Assembly (NCBI GenBank): GCA_951406725.2
Contig: OX597819.1
Location: 102,796,001 to 102,860,000, forward strand
Origin: Octopus vulgaris
Lineage: Eukaryota
Length of the DNA stretch: 64,000 bases
Reading direction: 5' to 3'
Within the stretch, counting starts at the first letter, position 1. Every line of letters starts with the position of its first letter. Under the pieces are notes generated by a model that did no database searches, had not been told where the DNA came from, and worked only from the letters and a program-made list of their open reading frames with translations. Made by a program: the position numbers and the translations under genes. Below are positions 1-13,393 of the stretch, piece after piece.

Positions 1-949
1 AACAACAAACAGAGCAACAACAACAGCAGCACCTATAACAAGAGGAACAAATCTGTAATTTCAGAAATATGTCAATGGGGATTTACATGAATAATTGGTG
101 ATATCTCACATTGTTACTTGCATACATTGTTTCTGAATGTAATAAAATATATTCTCTTTTCTAGATCGATGTATCTATCAAGTACCACTCAAAATTTCCC
201 ATATAACTTTGACTTTCTGACTGATGACAAACTAATTTTGTTTCAATATATTGAAGAGAAACTGTTCATTATATTACCTGTGTATATACTAGTGATACTG
301 GTGATATAACGAATGACTTCGGAAATATGGCATACATTCAATAATTCCAATTTAACTTTTCTGAACTTCCTTGGAGTTTATATAAATCAATACTAATTTT
401 CAAATGAAAACTATTTTCCCCCTTCAAATACAATCAAATAAAACAAATTTCTATGTATGGTTCCTCCTATAACTGCTGCCATTTAATTCCTCTTCTCTCC
501 ATCCCCTGATTCTAGGATTCTTTCTCTCTCATTCTGTGTGTGTGTATGTGTGTGTGCGTGTGTATGTGCGTGTCTGCATACAAAAGGATATGTACATGCA
601 TGCGTATATTCATGCATGTATATACACACATATTTTGTTGCTGAGTCCTGAACCTGAAGAAAAGAGTATTGCCAATGATATGATATTTGCAGGCCCACCA
701 AGACCAGCCAGCTAGATGTCTTAAATGATCCATTTGATTGATGCGGTTCAACACCGATAAGAAACGCAAGAGCAGAGACATGACTTCAGAGAGACAAAAT
801 TTTAGGGAGAAAGGACAGGGAGTAGTAGTTTCAGCGGAGCTGGAAGCAACGGGGGTGATTATAAGTTGGCGAGGAGAGAGACTGGAATACTCGAGTAGAA
901 GATGTGCGCGACAAGCTTGCTCTGAAAAGCAGAAACCATTAGAGTAGCG

Positions 950-1560
950 ATAAAAAGGGCAGAGAAAGGAGATTACACGATTGAGAGTCAGATATTGGAA
1001 AGTGACTACCAGTGATATAATGCCAAATACTTGAATGGGTTCCTATGGATACGGCCTTGCATGTTTTTGCGACTAGCAACAGCAGAGCCGCAAATGCAAG
1101 AGCAGTAATGTTGTAGGATCCTCAGATAAGAATTGCTGAATATCAGAAATGTTTGGTGAGTGAAATATGTTTTGGCTTTGAAAAAGCGCCAGTATTTATG
1201 ATATGGCCAATCTTTATTGACATGTTTTAAGATATGCTTTCGCCACGAGAGACACTTGGTAATTGCCATGCCTAGTAGTTGGAGCAGTGTTGACACTAGC
1301 TGAATGCCACCTATGTTTAGGAGTATATATTACGGTGGTATTTTGCAGATATGAGTAGTGTTTAGTTTTGCCTTACACTTTTATCTTTATCCTCTGTTAT
1401 TAGACATCAGACAGGAACGGCTCCAAGGATACTCTTCTGGTATGTATTCATAGAACCTATGCAGGCCTGGTGCGTGCTGTCTAAGCTGCATTTAGATATT
1501 ATAAGTCACGTCAACGATACAGTCTAGCCAAGGGCGAGAACACTACGAAAACGAGTTTTT
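950..1560 (-). mobile_element. Decayed LINE (CR1/L2/Jockey-group) reverse transcriptase C-terminal fragment
   Basis: ORF 1006-1296(-) reads LLGMAITKCLSWRKHI...YCSCICGSA, matching the LG+.+...L+W..HI...YCS.+W pattern downstream of APE-type LINE RT. Stops and frameshifts nearby. Confidence 0.6.
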
Positions 1561-2707
1561 ACAGTAAATATGGTGGATTATTATACATGCATACAGCCAG
1601 GTTTCTAATTATATTTGTGACTACACGGCTACATCGCTTCGTGGATGAGTGCTAATAAGCTGAGGGACTGGATGTCCAGAAGTTTGTGGTTGAACACATA
1701 AATGTTCGTCGGTCTCGCTACCCTGATGTTATCTTAATTAATATACAAGTCATTTTATACATCTTTATTTCATGTATGATTTCCTGCAGTGGCCCATGGT
1801 AACGAATAAAATTGACCCCAATAATCCATTGATAATTACTTTATTGATTGTGATATTACTGTTCTTCGTTGTACTTTATATAAATAATTGTCAAAATAAT
1901 AGGGTTTTAAATCGATGCTTATATTTTAAAATATTAGCAAATTGATATACCTAACAGGATTGACTTGATTACCGCAAATGCAGCGAATTGTCCGAGGCAT
2001 TAAAGCATCTGACAATGCCTCCATATTTGTTCTGACGCGCTTCACCCGAAAAACACCATATCTGTCTAGAAACACCATATCTGTCTAGTGTCGGTTTTCT
2101 AGCTATTTAGCCCGTGAAATATGTCACAAACATATTTTAACTCACCTAAAGTTCGCACGTGCACATACGCGCAAACGCACACACACACACACACACATAC
2201 ACACACACGTGTACACATAGTGCACTGTTCCGTGATGGTAAGATCAATAAAATAAGTATTCCATCCGATGTGAAACAGATATTATTGAATAAACAGAACA
2301 CATATTTTTACGTATTACTATTAGTTTCATGAGAATAAAATACCATAGTTGAGCTGCTTCCATCGCCTGAAGCTAATGGCAGCTCATAAAAATATATATT
2401 GTGTTTATTAAATAAAACACACACACGCTCAAACACACACACATACACGCACACACACATATAGAATGTATATAGTAAAAATACAAACATTGCAAATTTA
2501 AGTGAAGACTGCAAAATATTCGATTTTCGTACCTTAAGGGTTTCTCATGAGAGATGTCTACATCATTTGACCGATTCAGGAGAAATGAGCAGCCAATCAA
2601 AAAGTGTCAGTAGATTCAGAGAAGTGAAATTATTAATTTGCATACTATGAATGTTTATCAGCGGCATGTCACCTGGGATCTCCGTTCACACAGTATCAAG
2701 GTGTAAC

Positions 2708-2708
<1 letters not shown>

Positions 2709-2770
<62 letters not shown>
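2709..2770. repeat. (TAA)n microsatellite
   Basis: Seen directly. Further (TAA)n tracts at 3323-3340, 3675-3742, 6227-6290 and 6490-6550. Confidence 0.95.
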
Positions 2771-2771
<1 letters not shown>

Positions 2772-3322
2772 CCTAATGTAGTACCGGGCAGTGACTCTCA
2801 TGGCTTCTGATCTTGACTCATTGGAAGCATTATCATGTACATTGTTTTGTCTTGGTATAAAAGATGATCTACAGCAAATATTCTGTTCAATACCACAGAT
2901 TTGCTTGTCAATTGTTTGACCTTAACCAGTTGACGATATCCTTTAGTGGCTGACGATATATGCATTTCTGATCACAAGCAGAAGTAGTGGGGGAGCATTA
3001 TAGGCGTGTGTTGAAAGGAATTTCTTTGAGGTTTTCGATTTACCCTTGGAAACATTGGTGTTTCGTTCAACATTGTTAAAAAACCCTTATTCGGGGAACT
3101 TTTTAATGGAATGGGCTATTCGACCTGACGAAAATTGTAACTGGACCCCACCTGGAAGATCACACGCTGTTTATCTTTATATGAAATCACCATGTCGCGC
3201 ACATATGGTTGTGATGCATGTGCCTGGTGTACCCTTATCAGACAAGTTGTCATGATGGGTATACTGGGATTCGTATATTTTACCCCCGTGTCACTTTAAT
3301 GGCATGCACTGCTCTCTCACTC
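2771..3322. mobile_element. Interspersed repeat embedded between (TAA)n tracts, probably non-autonomous or a LINE-derived piece
   Basis: Sharp boundaries at (TAA)n on both sides, higher GC than flanks, no intact ORF. Confidence 0.5.
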
Positions 3323-3337
3323 AATAATAATGATAAT

Positions 3338-3675
3338 ATAAGGACCTGGAAACTGAAATATAAAAGAAGTGACATCTTAAAGTGAGAACGGTTCCTGTTA
3401 TTGTAGGTGCCCTAGGTATGATTAAAAAAAGTGATGTCACAAATATCTTGATAAGATTCCATGTCATTGAGAAATCCGAAAGATTGAACTGATAAGTACT
3501 ACCCACATCCTTAGTAAAACCCTATCTATTTAAATGTCGGTGTTGTATTACATGAAGATATTTCACTGCTTCCCTTTCCCAAGGTTTCAGTCATTATGTA
3601 ACGTATCTTATCCTTCACTCGCCCCAGGACTTTGGGTGTGTCTCGACAGGTGACTGCTGATCAAAAGTAAAATCT
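3338..3675 (+). mobile_element. 5'-truncated R4/Dong-like LINE 3' end (restriction-like endonuclease tail and 3'UTR)
   Basis: Translates to YKDLETEI*KK*HLKVRTVPVIVGALGMIKK, typical of the RLE-LINE C-terminus KYxxL...W...PV+VGALG. Ends in (TAA)n. Confidence 0.75.
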
Positions 3676-3695
3676 AATAATAATAATAACAATAA

Positions 3696-3738
<43 letters not shown>

Positions 3739-3742
3739 AATA

Positions 3743-6224
3743 AATATCCCCATAAATATGAAAAGGATAGACAGGAGTATGATAAATAGCGTAACACAAA
3801 AGATACATGCTGTCATACCATGCATCCAGACGAGGATATAACAAAATCAAGGAATCTTTTGCGCTACTTCTTCAGGAGAAATTACAACTCAAGCGAACGA
3901 AAAATGGTGGAGAAAATAGTGTAGCAAAAGAAGCATGGTGGAAAAGACACATTGAAAAGGATATAAAGCGGGAAGTCAAGATCTAGGGGAAATTGAGCAA
4001 TGGTTAAGAGGAACTGGGATAATGGGAAAAAGCCCGACCGAGAATAATTAGAGAAGAAATATAAAATACGGAAAAAAACAGGTTTGATGCAGTAATAGAG
4101 GAGTTAAAACAGAGGATCATGGAAAAAAGCCAGAAGATCAGAAGATCTGTGAACAGAAATAAGCATTTCGAAAACAGTTTGTTGAAAAATAACCCGAAGC
4201 AATTCTTCAAAACGTTAGAAGGAAACAATGGGGAAAATTTTGCAAATCAAGCCAAGGATTTCAGGAGCGAATTATGGGGAAACAATGTTGTGCATACATG
4301 GGAAGCAATGTGAATGGGAACTATCAAGACAGAATTACAAGGAGGAAAGAAACAAAGGAATATTGTCATAAGCACGGGTGATGTGAAAGAACAAGTGGGT
4401 AAAGTGTCTAACTGGAAAGCCCCCGAACCAGATGGGATTCCTGGCTTCTGACTGAAGAGATGCCACGCGATGCATGAAAGACTAGCAGCCCAATTGAATG
4501 AGTGTGTCCAGAAAAGTACAGTCCCCGGTGGATGGTGACTGGGAGAACAACAGTTGTAATGAAAGTTAGAAGAAAGGGGAATATTGTGCGGCAAAGACAT
4601 ACACTTTCCTGGCACAAGGTAAAATACTACAAGGGAACAAAAAGGATGCAGTAAGAGTTCTCAGGGTACCAAGGATCACCTGGTGATAAAAGAGTTTTGA
4701 GGAATTGTAAAAAGCATCATACAAACATGTCTATGGCTTGGATTGACTTTAAGAAGGCGTATGATAGTGTGGTAGGGACATCGGTATGGAATTTGGGACC
4801 ACCAAATGGTCATTACTTAATATGAAAAGAGGGAAGAAAGCAGCCTGCAGAGGATTGCGGTTACAATGAAGAGAGACCATGGGTGAACCCGACGGTATTG
4901 GGTATAGATATTTAGGGATTTTGGAGCTGGATGACATTCTACACAAAGAAATGAAAGTCAAGGTCAGCGATGGTGTTGCAATCTAAGCTGAATACCAAAA
5001 ATTTGATTACCGCAATGAATATCTGTGCAGTTGCGGTGGTCACAAACAGCGCGCCCATCATCAAATGGACTAAGGACAAAATATCAACACTGGGTAGAAT
5101 GACGAGAAATTTGATGACGCTGCATCAGGCGCTACACTCTAAAGCAAACGTAAATAGATTGTATATGAAAAAGAAGAACGGTGGCAGAGGACTAATTAGT
5201 ATAGACTATTGTATAAGGAGTGAAAGGAGAACGCTTGCCGAGTATTTGATAAATAGTGATGAAGACCTGCTGCATTATGCCGTATGGTGTAAATGGGTGT
5301 AAATGCAAATGAAACGATGGGTAAGGAAAAGTTTAACCAAATAGCCGAGGAGAAGAGAAAAGAAGACCTTCTTGAAATTAGAATGCATGGACAGTTTGTG
5401 AAGAATACACAAGACGTTAAGGATAATACAGTATCGTGTGCATGGCTTGAACGAGGTGATTTGAATCGTAGCACCGATATCCTGATCATTGCTCAACAAG
5501 ACCAGGCTCTCGCTACCGATTCAGTGAAGTATAACATCTATAAAATGTTTGACACCCAGAAATGCACACTCTGTGGAAAGTATGCGGAGAATGTAACCCA
5601 CCTGGTAAGTGGATATGAGAGTCTTGAACAAAAAAGAATAGAAACGCCACCACGATTAAGTGTGCGTGTGTGTGTGTCTTCATTGGCTTTTATGCCGTAA
5701 ATACCAATATGAACTAACAGAGAACGGGAATGAGCATGTAGCAAGTAAAAATTATGCAGGAGGATGGAAAAGTAACGATACTCTGGGACTATGATTTTCA
5801 GATGGATCGTGTAATCGAACACCGTCGGCCAGATATTGCCATATTGAATAAGAGAGACAAATATTGTCAAATCATTGATGTGACCGTACCAAACGACAAG
5901 AATGTAGTGAGTAAAGAGGTTGAAAAAAATTAATCCCCAAGTAGTCCGAATTGAAAGTGGTAATGGCAAGACTGTATGGATTGCGAGGGGGTAATGTATA
6001 AGTGATACCAGTGATGATCGGAGCGTTGGGCTCAATCCGATTGAAACTTCGAAACTTCTTAAGGCAACTAGAAATCTCATGCAAGATTGATGTCTTGTAA
6101 AGAGCAGCCTTATTGTGTACAGCGTATATCTTAAGGCAAACATTAATCTGTCTGAGGTCCTTGTTGTGACTTGATAGATGACTAAAAACTCCGGTGCATG
6201 TATACCTACGCTGTGTTACGAAGG

Positions 6225-6226
<2 letters not shown>
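3743..6226 (+). mobile_element. Decayed, internally deleted R4/Dong-clade non-LTR retrotransposon (RT, CCHC, RLE)
   Basis: Motifs across frames: NWKAPEPDGIPGF*LK, GTKDHL, AWIDFKKAYDSV, RLYMKKKNGGRGLIS, MHGQF, AQQDQAL, CTLCGKYAENVTHL, HRRPDI, IIDVTVP. Flanked by (TAA)n, the known target of Dong elements. Confidence 0.88.
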
Positions 6227-6289
<63 letters not shown>

Positions 6290-6292
<3 letters not shown>

Positions 6293-6452
6293 TACATCGA
6301 CCCCATTGTTTTACTGGTACTTAATTTATCGATTTCGAAAGGATAGAATGCAAAGTCGACCTTGGCGGAATTTGAACCCAGAATCTAAAGACGGACGAAA
6401 TACCGCTAAGCATTTTGCCCGGCGTGCTAAATATTCTACTAGCTCGCTGCCC
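6290..6452 (-). mobile_element. tRNA-derived SINE, family A (CORE-like, head ggcggcgagctggcagaa...gttcaaattcc)
   Basis: Recurs many times in the window and has a B-box-like GTTCAAATTCC. Confidence 0.8.
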
Positions 6453-6459
6453 TCACATC

Positions 6460-6497
6460 GCAAACAACAACAACAACAACAACAACAAATAATAATG

Positions 6498-6551
<54 letters not shown>

Positions 6552-6920
6552 GCAATCCCTATTATCACATATCATCATCATGATCGAAACCATCATCACC
6601 ACCAACACCAACACCACCACCAAAATCAACACCATCAATATATAGCATCATATGATCCTCACCACTACCACCAACACCACCACCACCACTACCACCATCA
6701 TCATAATCATCATCATCTCAGCCCCCGCTAAAATAAGCAACACCGATCAACATCATAACCATGACCACTATAACCACCACCTGCACCACAAAAGCCATCT
6801 TCACTACCACCACAACCATCAGAACTAGCACCACCATATTAATACCACCACCACCACCACTATCACCACCACCACCACCACTATCACCACCATCGTTGTC
6901 GTCGCCGTCGTCGTCATGAT
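6460..6920. repeat. Compound trinucleotide low-complexity tract (CAA, TAA, CAT, CAC)
   Basis: Seen directly. Confidence 0.9.
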
Positions 6921-8036
6921 TCGTCCACCAGTGTCTCTGTGTAATCTTACTTTCTAACTTAATAAAGCCAATAGACACCATTTAGCTGGAGGCCTGATAA
7001 ACTGTTTATGACTTATTGTTCCGTTGACAACTATCATTTTGGACAATATCAAATGGTATTTTCTTAGCCGAAACTTCCAACACTAGACAGCTTCAACGTA
7101 TGCCTGATATTGGTGTACGGATTACACCGCAAGATGGCACTACCTATAAGACACACACATCATAGAAGAAGCTTTACTCGATTTCGTCTTCGTTTTATTT
7201 TTTATTCTATATTTTTTACTTTAATTATATTTTTTGCTTAATTTCATATGATACTTTATTATTTTCTTGCGTTTTTTTCCTTTTTCTTTCTTTTTTTTTT
7301 TTTTACTTAATTTTGCCCGTAAAGTTTATCTGTATCTATGGGATTACAACCAAGTCTTCAATTTGAATAAGCTGTTGCTAATGATTAAATCACATCTGCT
7401 ATATCAGAATGGAGACTTTTATTATACTCTTCTATTCTTTTATTCTTAATTTATTTGGTTTCTTTATATTTTTCCTATCTGTTTTCTTTTCTTTATTTTT
7501 CTTTTACCTTTTATTTTTTTATCCCTTCCATTTTCTTTTACATTTTCTTTTTTTGTTTTCAATTTCGGATGTGGCCGTCACTCTTCGCCATTTTACTTTC
7601 TATCGATCAGTGAAAATTGTTCAGCGAGTAATGTCGCCACCAGCTTCTGTGTAAACACATTTCCAGTTAGAATCTGAAAGCAATTCAATGATATACAATA
7701 ACGAATTTCACTCTCCTATGACATCATTGTTATAATAGACACACTTTTAGAGTGTTTCATTTCCTTATAGGTTCCATGTAAAAATGTCTCTCATACGACC
7801 CTCCACCTCCCTCCACTAAGCTTTTATCATTGAAATAACGAGAGATCTTTCCAGAAAGAATTGATACATTTATGTGATTCCTTTGGTTTATTTCGAAAAC
7901 TATTATAACATTGACAGAAACATCAAATCAGACTCATATATAGTCACAGGTACACACACACACACACACGTATGACCATACCATGGATGCACTCACTTTT
8001 TCTCTTCCTCTCATTATATATACTTATATACATATA

Positions 8037-8115
<79 letters not shown>

Positions 8116-8180
8116 ATACATATATATTTTGATTGATAAATAATAGATAGATAGATATACAGAGAGAGATATACAGAAAA

Positions 8181-8234
<54 letters not shown>

Positions 8235-8243
8235 ATATATATG

Positions 8244-8274
<31 letters not shown>

Positions 8275-9994
8275 ATATATATGTACATACATATATATAC
8301 ATAAATGCATATATGTATGCTTGTATGCATATGTATGCAAGCACTCAAATGCATACGAGCATACTTCCACTTCAATACTTACTCTCCATCACCATCATTA
8401 TCATCATCATCATCGTCATCATCATTGTTATCCCCATCGTCATCATCATCATCATTATCATCATCATCATTATCATCATCATCTTTATCATCATCATCAT
8501 TAGCATCATTATTGTCATTATCACTATTGCTGTCTTCAGCTCACCGACATCGTCCAAAACCATTCTTATTGCTCGTTCCTTTACAATTCTTTTAACAGAA
8601 TTTTACCAAATTAGTTGAAGTAATTTTAAAGTCAGCACCAATATCATGAAAGCTCTTTCAGCCATAACTCATTCTGCTAAAATGAATTTTCTCTCTTGTG
8701 TGGAGCAAGGTGAATTGTTAGGAGATTAATCAAGTAAAATGGATATTATACGCAGAGTGGACTAAATGATACATAATAGTTCTGCCGAAATTTCCATTGT
8801 TATTGCACAGAGTTGACTGAAGAATATGCTGCGGACAATGTAATTTGATTGCAGTAATTTCGAAACTCCAAAGAAAGCGATACCAGTCGCCAGCAAATGG
8901 AATTATAGCAGAATAGGGTCAAACCCTCGGCCTTCGTTAAGAATCTAATCATCTGTTACGTGGCTTTCTAAGAAATCAAACGAACTCCACTGGTGTATTC
9001 TTGTATGAATACATACATGCATACATACGTACATATATACATATATACATATATATGCATGTATGTATATATGTATGTAAGTGTGTGTAAGTGTTTGTAT
9101 TTGTATATGTATATACACATCCATGTATATGGGGGGGATATATGCATATATCCATTCATCCATGTACACACTGACACATGTATAGATAGATAGATAGATA
9201 ATAACAATATGTATATATGTATGTATATATGTATGTATATATGTGTGTATGTGTGTGTACAGACAGACAAACACATACGCATACACACACATGTGTAGAT
9301 ATGTATTCGTATGCATGTTTTTGTGACAGTGTGTTCAAATGCGTGTGTATGTATGTCTGCGTTTGTGTGGGTGTATACTCTCTATGTGCATACTTGCATG
9401 TGTCTTCAATTGTCCTGTAGTCAAGAACTGTATTTTTTGTTTATTGTTGTTGCCTGATTTTAAATTGCTGCACATGGCATGTTCCGTTTCGAAATAAATA
9501 ATCAAAATAATAGAGAAGTAGACAAATGTATAAAGGAAACGTTAAAAAAAATCATTACGTTCTATTTTTAAACTAGATTTGTATCTTTAGCACATGTCTT
9601 TGTCGCTTCTTACCAGGCAATGGGAAAAATTAGTGTTGAAGGACGATTTAACTGGAGTGTGGTTAAATGCTCTAATCAGTTTTGAATGAAAATATATGTC
9701 TAGCTTCACAGATGGAAAGAATTGGAATTGGCACTAAACATTCTTGAATTTAGATTACAAGATCCATTGTGTACTTCTAGATTCTTATACGATTGCTCTA
9801 CAGCGAATACCAGTCTGATAAAAATGAACCATTATTGCAGCTGTTATCCTTAATACTATCAATGTATTACGGATTTTTACATTGATACAAATCCTAAGTT
9901 TATGGAAACCGAATATTGGAATTAACTTTACTATCAGAGATCTGTTTATCTTTTGGTCAGGAGGGAATAACTATGCTCTAGTCGTTTATGATCC

Positions 9995-10390
9995 TTTCTT
10001 CTATAAACACAAGAGCTGAAATTCTGGGAGTGGGAATCGAGTCGATTACATCGGCTCTATAGCTTGACTGGTACTTAATTTATCGAATCCGAAAAGATGA
10101 AATTACAGTCGACATCGATAGAATTTGAACTCAAGTTATAATGACGAACAAAATGCCAAATGCCGCTGGTATTTTATCCAGCGTACCAACAATTCTGCCA
10201 GATTGCCACCTTAATTTACCATTATTATTAGAAAGAGTGAAGGCGGTAGACTGGGAGAATCATTAGCACACCCGGCAAAAATTATCGTATTTCGTTCGTC
10301 TTTACATTCTGAGTTGAAATTCCGCTGAGATCGATTTTGCCTTTCCACCTTTCTGGGTCGATAAAATAAGTACCAGTTGAACATGAACAC
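9995..10390. mobile_element. Two SINE family A copies head-to-head (9995-10210 minus, 10240-10390 plus)
   Basis: Similar to the 6290-6452 and 13165-13395 copies. Confidence 0.75.
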
Positions 10391-11922
10391 AGGCCCTGTG
10401 CCTTTAGTAGACAGAATTATTAACAAGAGTGAAATAGAAGCGTAAGAACGACACCGTATTACAGGTTCTAATAAATTCATGCTTGTACACTACCTCTCGT
10501 GTCATGCCTCATACTTTAAACGTAAAATTTTTGTAAACGATATTAGAATCTAGTATATACTTCCAGAATTTTCATCATGGCTACCTAGGCTGGTACAAAA
10601 TTTCAAAACGCGGCGTACACCACTTGTCAATCAAGAACTTATAATGAGTGCCATTCAGAAGATGGTACGTTTTAAAGAAAAACATTCTTGGCTGTCAACC
10701 ATTCAATTTTAAGGGCTTTTTTCAGATTTTTTTCTCAGACAGCGTAATATCATCTGCTGAACATGAATCATGGAGCCACATTCTCTCTCCCAAGATGCAT
10801 TTTCCACCATATATTAATTCAGGTGATTTGGTATCTCGTCGCTCTCATGATATTACGTGTAAAGTTGAAAGTGTGTTTTTTTTGCTCCCATTTTTCTAAG
10901 CTCCGCATCAATGGTCGATCTTTTTTTATATTTCTCTTACCACAGTGATGAGAAAATAGGAACTGATCTCCCTATAATAATATGCTTATATTTTAGAGTT
11001 CTAAACAACACTATCAGGTTCATTGTGTTTCAGTTTAATTACAAATAGTATCTATATCATTTCTGTTCCACCTAAATCCATTTTTATTTGTTGTCCTGCT
11101 TTTTTTCTTTATTCCAGAGCTTTTAGCTTTCACATCATGTTTTATTGGAAGATAGCATCAAGATATACATTCTTTTACAGTAACAATATGGTTATTATCT
11201 TGGTTTTAATTTGACATAGCCTACATTTGGAGTCAACTAATTCGATTAGAATTCTTTGATAAAGAAGGTACTTGATGAGTATTTCTTGCTTCTAGATTGC
11301 AAGGAAATAACCTTCAAGGTGAGATTTCGTAAACCCGGTGGTATTCTATACCAGGTCTATCATGTATTTTATTCCATCTATAAAATAAAAAATATTTATT
11401 TTTCAACTATTCATTGACCACATTCTCAGCAGAATGATCTTTTACTTTGCAGTGTTGAATAAATTTTTATCAATATATCATCTTTCATTTCATATTCCTG
11501 TTGAAGTATATTAATAATTTAACCAAGTTATGTTATTGTTTTCGTGCTCGTTGACTCGAGGAAAAAAGTTGCTGACAAGTTTTGCAGGTCTTGTATGATG
11601 ATAGTAGATACTTGCTGTGACGGTCTTAAATCTGTATTCATTTTGTGTGAGAATTATAATCTGCCAACATCCTCAACGATGCTTAACTTTCCAATAAATG
11701 TAGCAGTTAAAGAGTTCTATTACTTGTCTTGTATAATTCTTATAGAGTTCGTATAGATTTCTTGTTTATAAGGCTAAAAGTACGTGTCATGCTAGGCGAC
11801 ACAGCAGTGGTGTTTGGCGTAATATGCTTGTGATGTTCAGATGTGTTTCTTTTCTTTAATTTCTTGGAACGTTCATCCTCTCTCTCTCTCTCTTTCTCTC
11901 TCTCTCTTTCTCTCTCTCTCTT

Positions 11923-11964
<42 letters not shown>

Positions 11965-12315
11965 CCTCTCTCCTCACTGAGCTGTCTTCGATCACATATC
12001 ACACTCCCATCCTCCACAATATACTCTTGTATCTCGAATGTAAAAGTAATGCCAAGCCGATTACGTTCAGGTATTTTCTGAGAGAACATACCGCTTTCAC
12101 ATCATACCATATAAAAATCATACAGACTTGATTTGTGGGCCATAAAGCTCCAGTTGCTTTATGATAAAAACAAATCTAGAGGTCTGAAAATATATACATT
12201 TGTACATTTGTCAAAAGAGAATGTCTATCCTATCTTCAAGCAAGAATATTTTTGACGTTTTGTACTCGTATTACAATGAGATCCTGGCCACTAAGTGTAT
12301 TAAGGAAAGGATTAG

Positions 12316-12564
12316 CTATACGCCAGATTCTAACTCCTCCAAGAGAAAATACCACCGAAAAATGTTCGTAGGTTTGATTTCCCTTAGCTTAGTGGATAAA
12401 TAATTCTCCCGTACAAATAGGCTCATGAAATTTGTAATAGGGACACCTTGAGGAGTTCCTTTAGCGGTGCATCTAATGTAAAAAAGAATATTCGTAGGAA
12501 AGCCAAACATGACAGAGGCAGGATGCTCATGTAGCGGTAACAACCATGTCGCCTTAACAGTCAC
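12316..12564 (-). pseudogene. Possible Penelope-like reverse transcriptase remnant
   Basis: FGF...FY....KGTPQGVPITNFMSLFV.E....KL..IKP....RWY resembles the PLE RT Y.Q..G.PMGSP.S..+A...E...KP...RY(V)DD region. The catalytic DD is not preserved. Confidence 0.35.
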
Positions 12565-13164
12565 TGTAATACGGAAACGGTTGTGTATGAGGCAGTGATA
12601 ACATCAAAAGGCCCAAATGAGCGAAAGAATGTATGTGTGGGTAAAGATCCTTTCCAGAACCAGTTACAACAGCCAAAAGATCGCCTTTAGCATCACGAAG
12701 CGGCCAAGCCTGAATGGTAATTGAAATAAAGTGCTACGGAATACAACATGAAACGGAAGAGCTTAGAGAAGTGCAAGGCTTACTTGAATAGCAACCAGAT
12801 ATGCAGATTATGCTAATGGTAGGAAAGAGTCATATTAAAGAACTCTCAACACCCAAACAGCTAACTGAATTGCAGAAGTAAAACTTTTAGTCTTTGCCAG
12901 CATGTAAGGAAGTATATCATACCTACGCGCCCCATCATAACCACCAATACTGGGTAACACGCACGGCAAAAAGTTTAACCAAAAGACACAAACGAGTTCA
13001 CAGACATATATGCGTCCTGACATGGGCGGGCATCCACCCAGCACCACATCTGTACCTCAATATAAACCCACACATATGCAGTGTCCCTACTCATATTCCA
13101 TACCTACACAAATACTCTAATGAATTTAATAACAACGTAATCAAAACACACACAAATGAACACA

Positions 13165-13393
13165 TATATTTCTTTATTGCCCACAAGGGGCTAAATATAG
13201 AGAGGACAAACAAGAACAGACAAAGGGATTAAGTCGATTACATCGATCCCAGTGAGAAACTGGTACTTAATTTATCGACCCCGAAAGGATGAAAGGCAAA
13301 GTCGACCTCGGCGGAATTTGAACTCAGAACGTAACGACAGACGAAATACCGCTAAGCATTCCGCCCGGCGCGCTAACGTGTCTGCCAGCTCGC
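13165..13393 (-). mobile_element. SINE family A, well-preserved copy
   Basis: Near-identical to the units at 33115-33500. tRNA-like head with B-box. Confidence 0.85.

Noticed and set aside
218-270. CUGAUGA...GAAAC with two small hairpins
   Set aside because: Stem I cannot form and the topology does not fit a hammerhead.
2051-2088. Short exact tandem duplications (also 30820-30853 and 52071-52167)
   Set aside because: Ordinary slippage duplications with no further structure.
6198-6731. 177-aa Asn/Gln/Ile/His-rich ORF
   Set aside because: Made of trinucleotide microsatellites plus an antisense SINE.
7101-7139. UGCC-UGAUAU-GGUGUA/UACACC-GCAA-GAU-GGCA, hammerhead-like shape
   Set aside because: Both core strands are mutated and there is no NUH. 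Possibly a relic, but not supportable.
8811-8875. CUGAAGA with a G-U-rich stem followed by GAAAC
   Set aside because: No stem III/NUH and no credible stem I partner.
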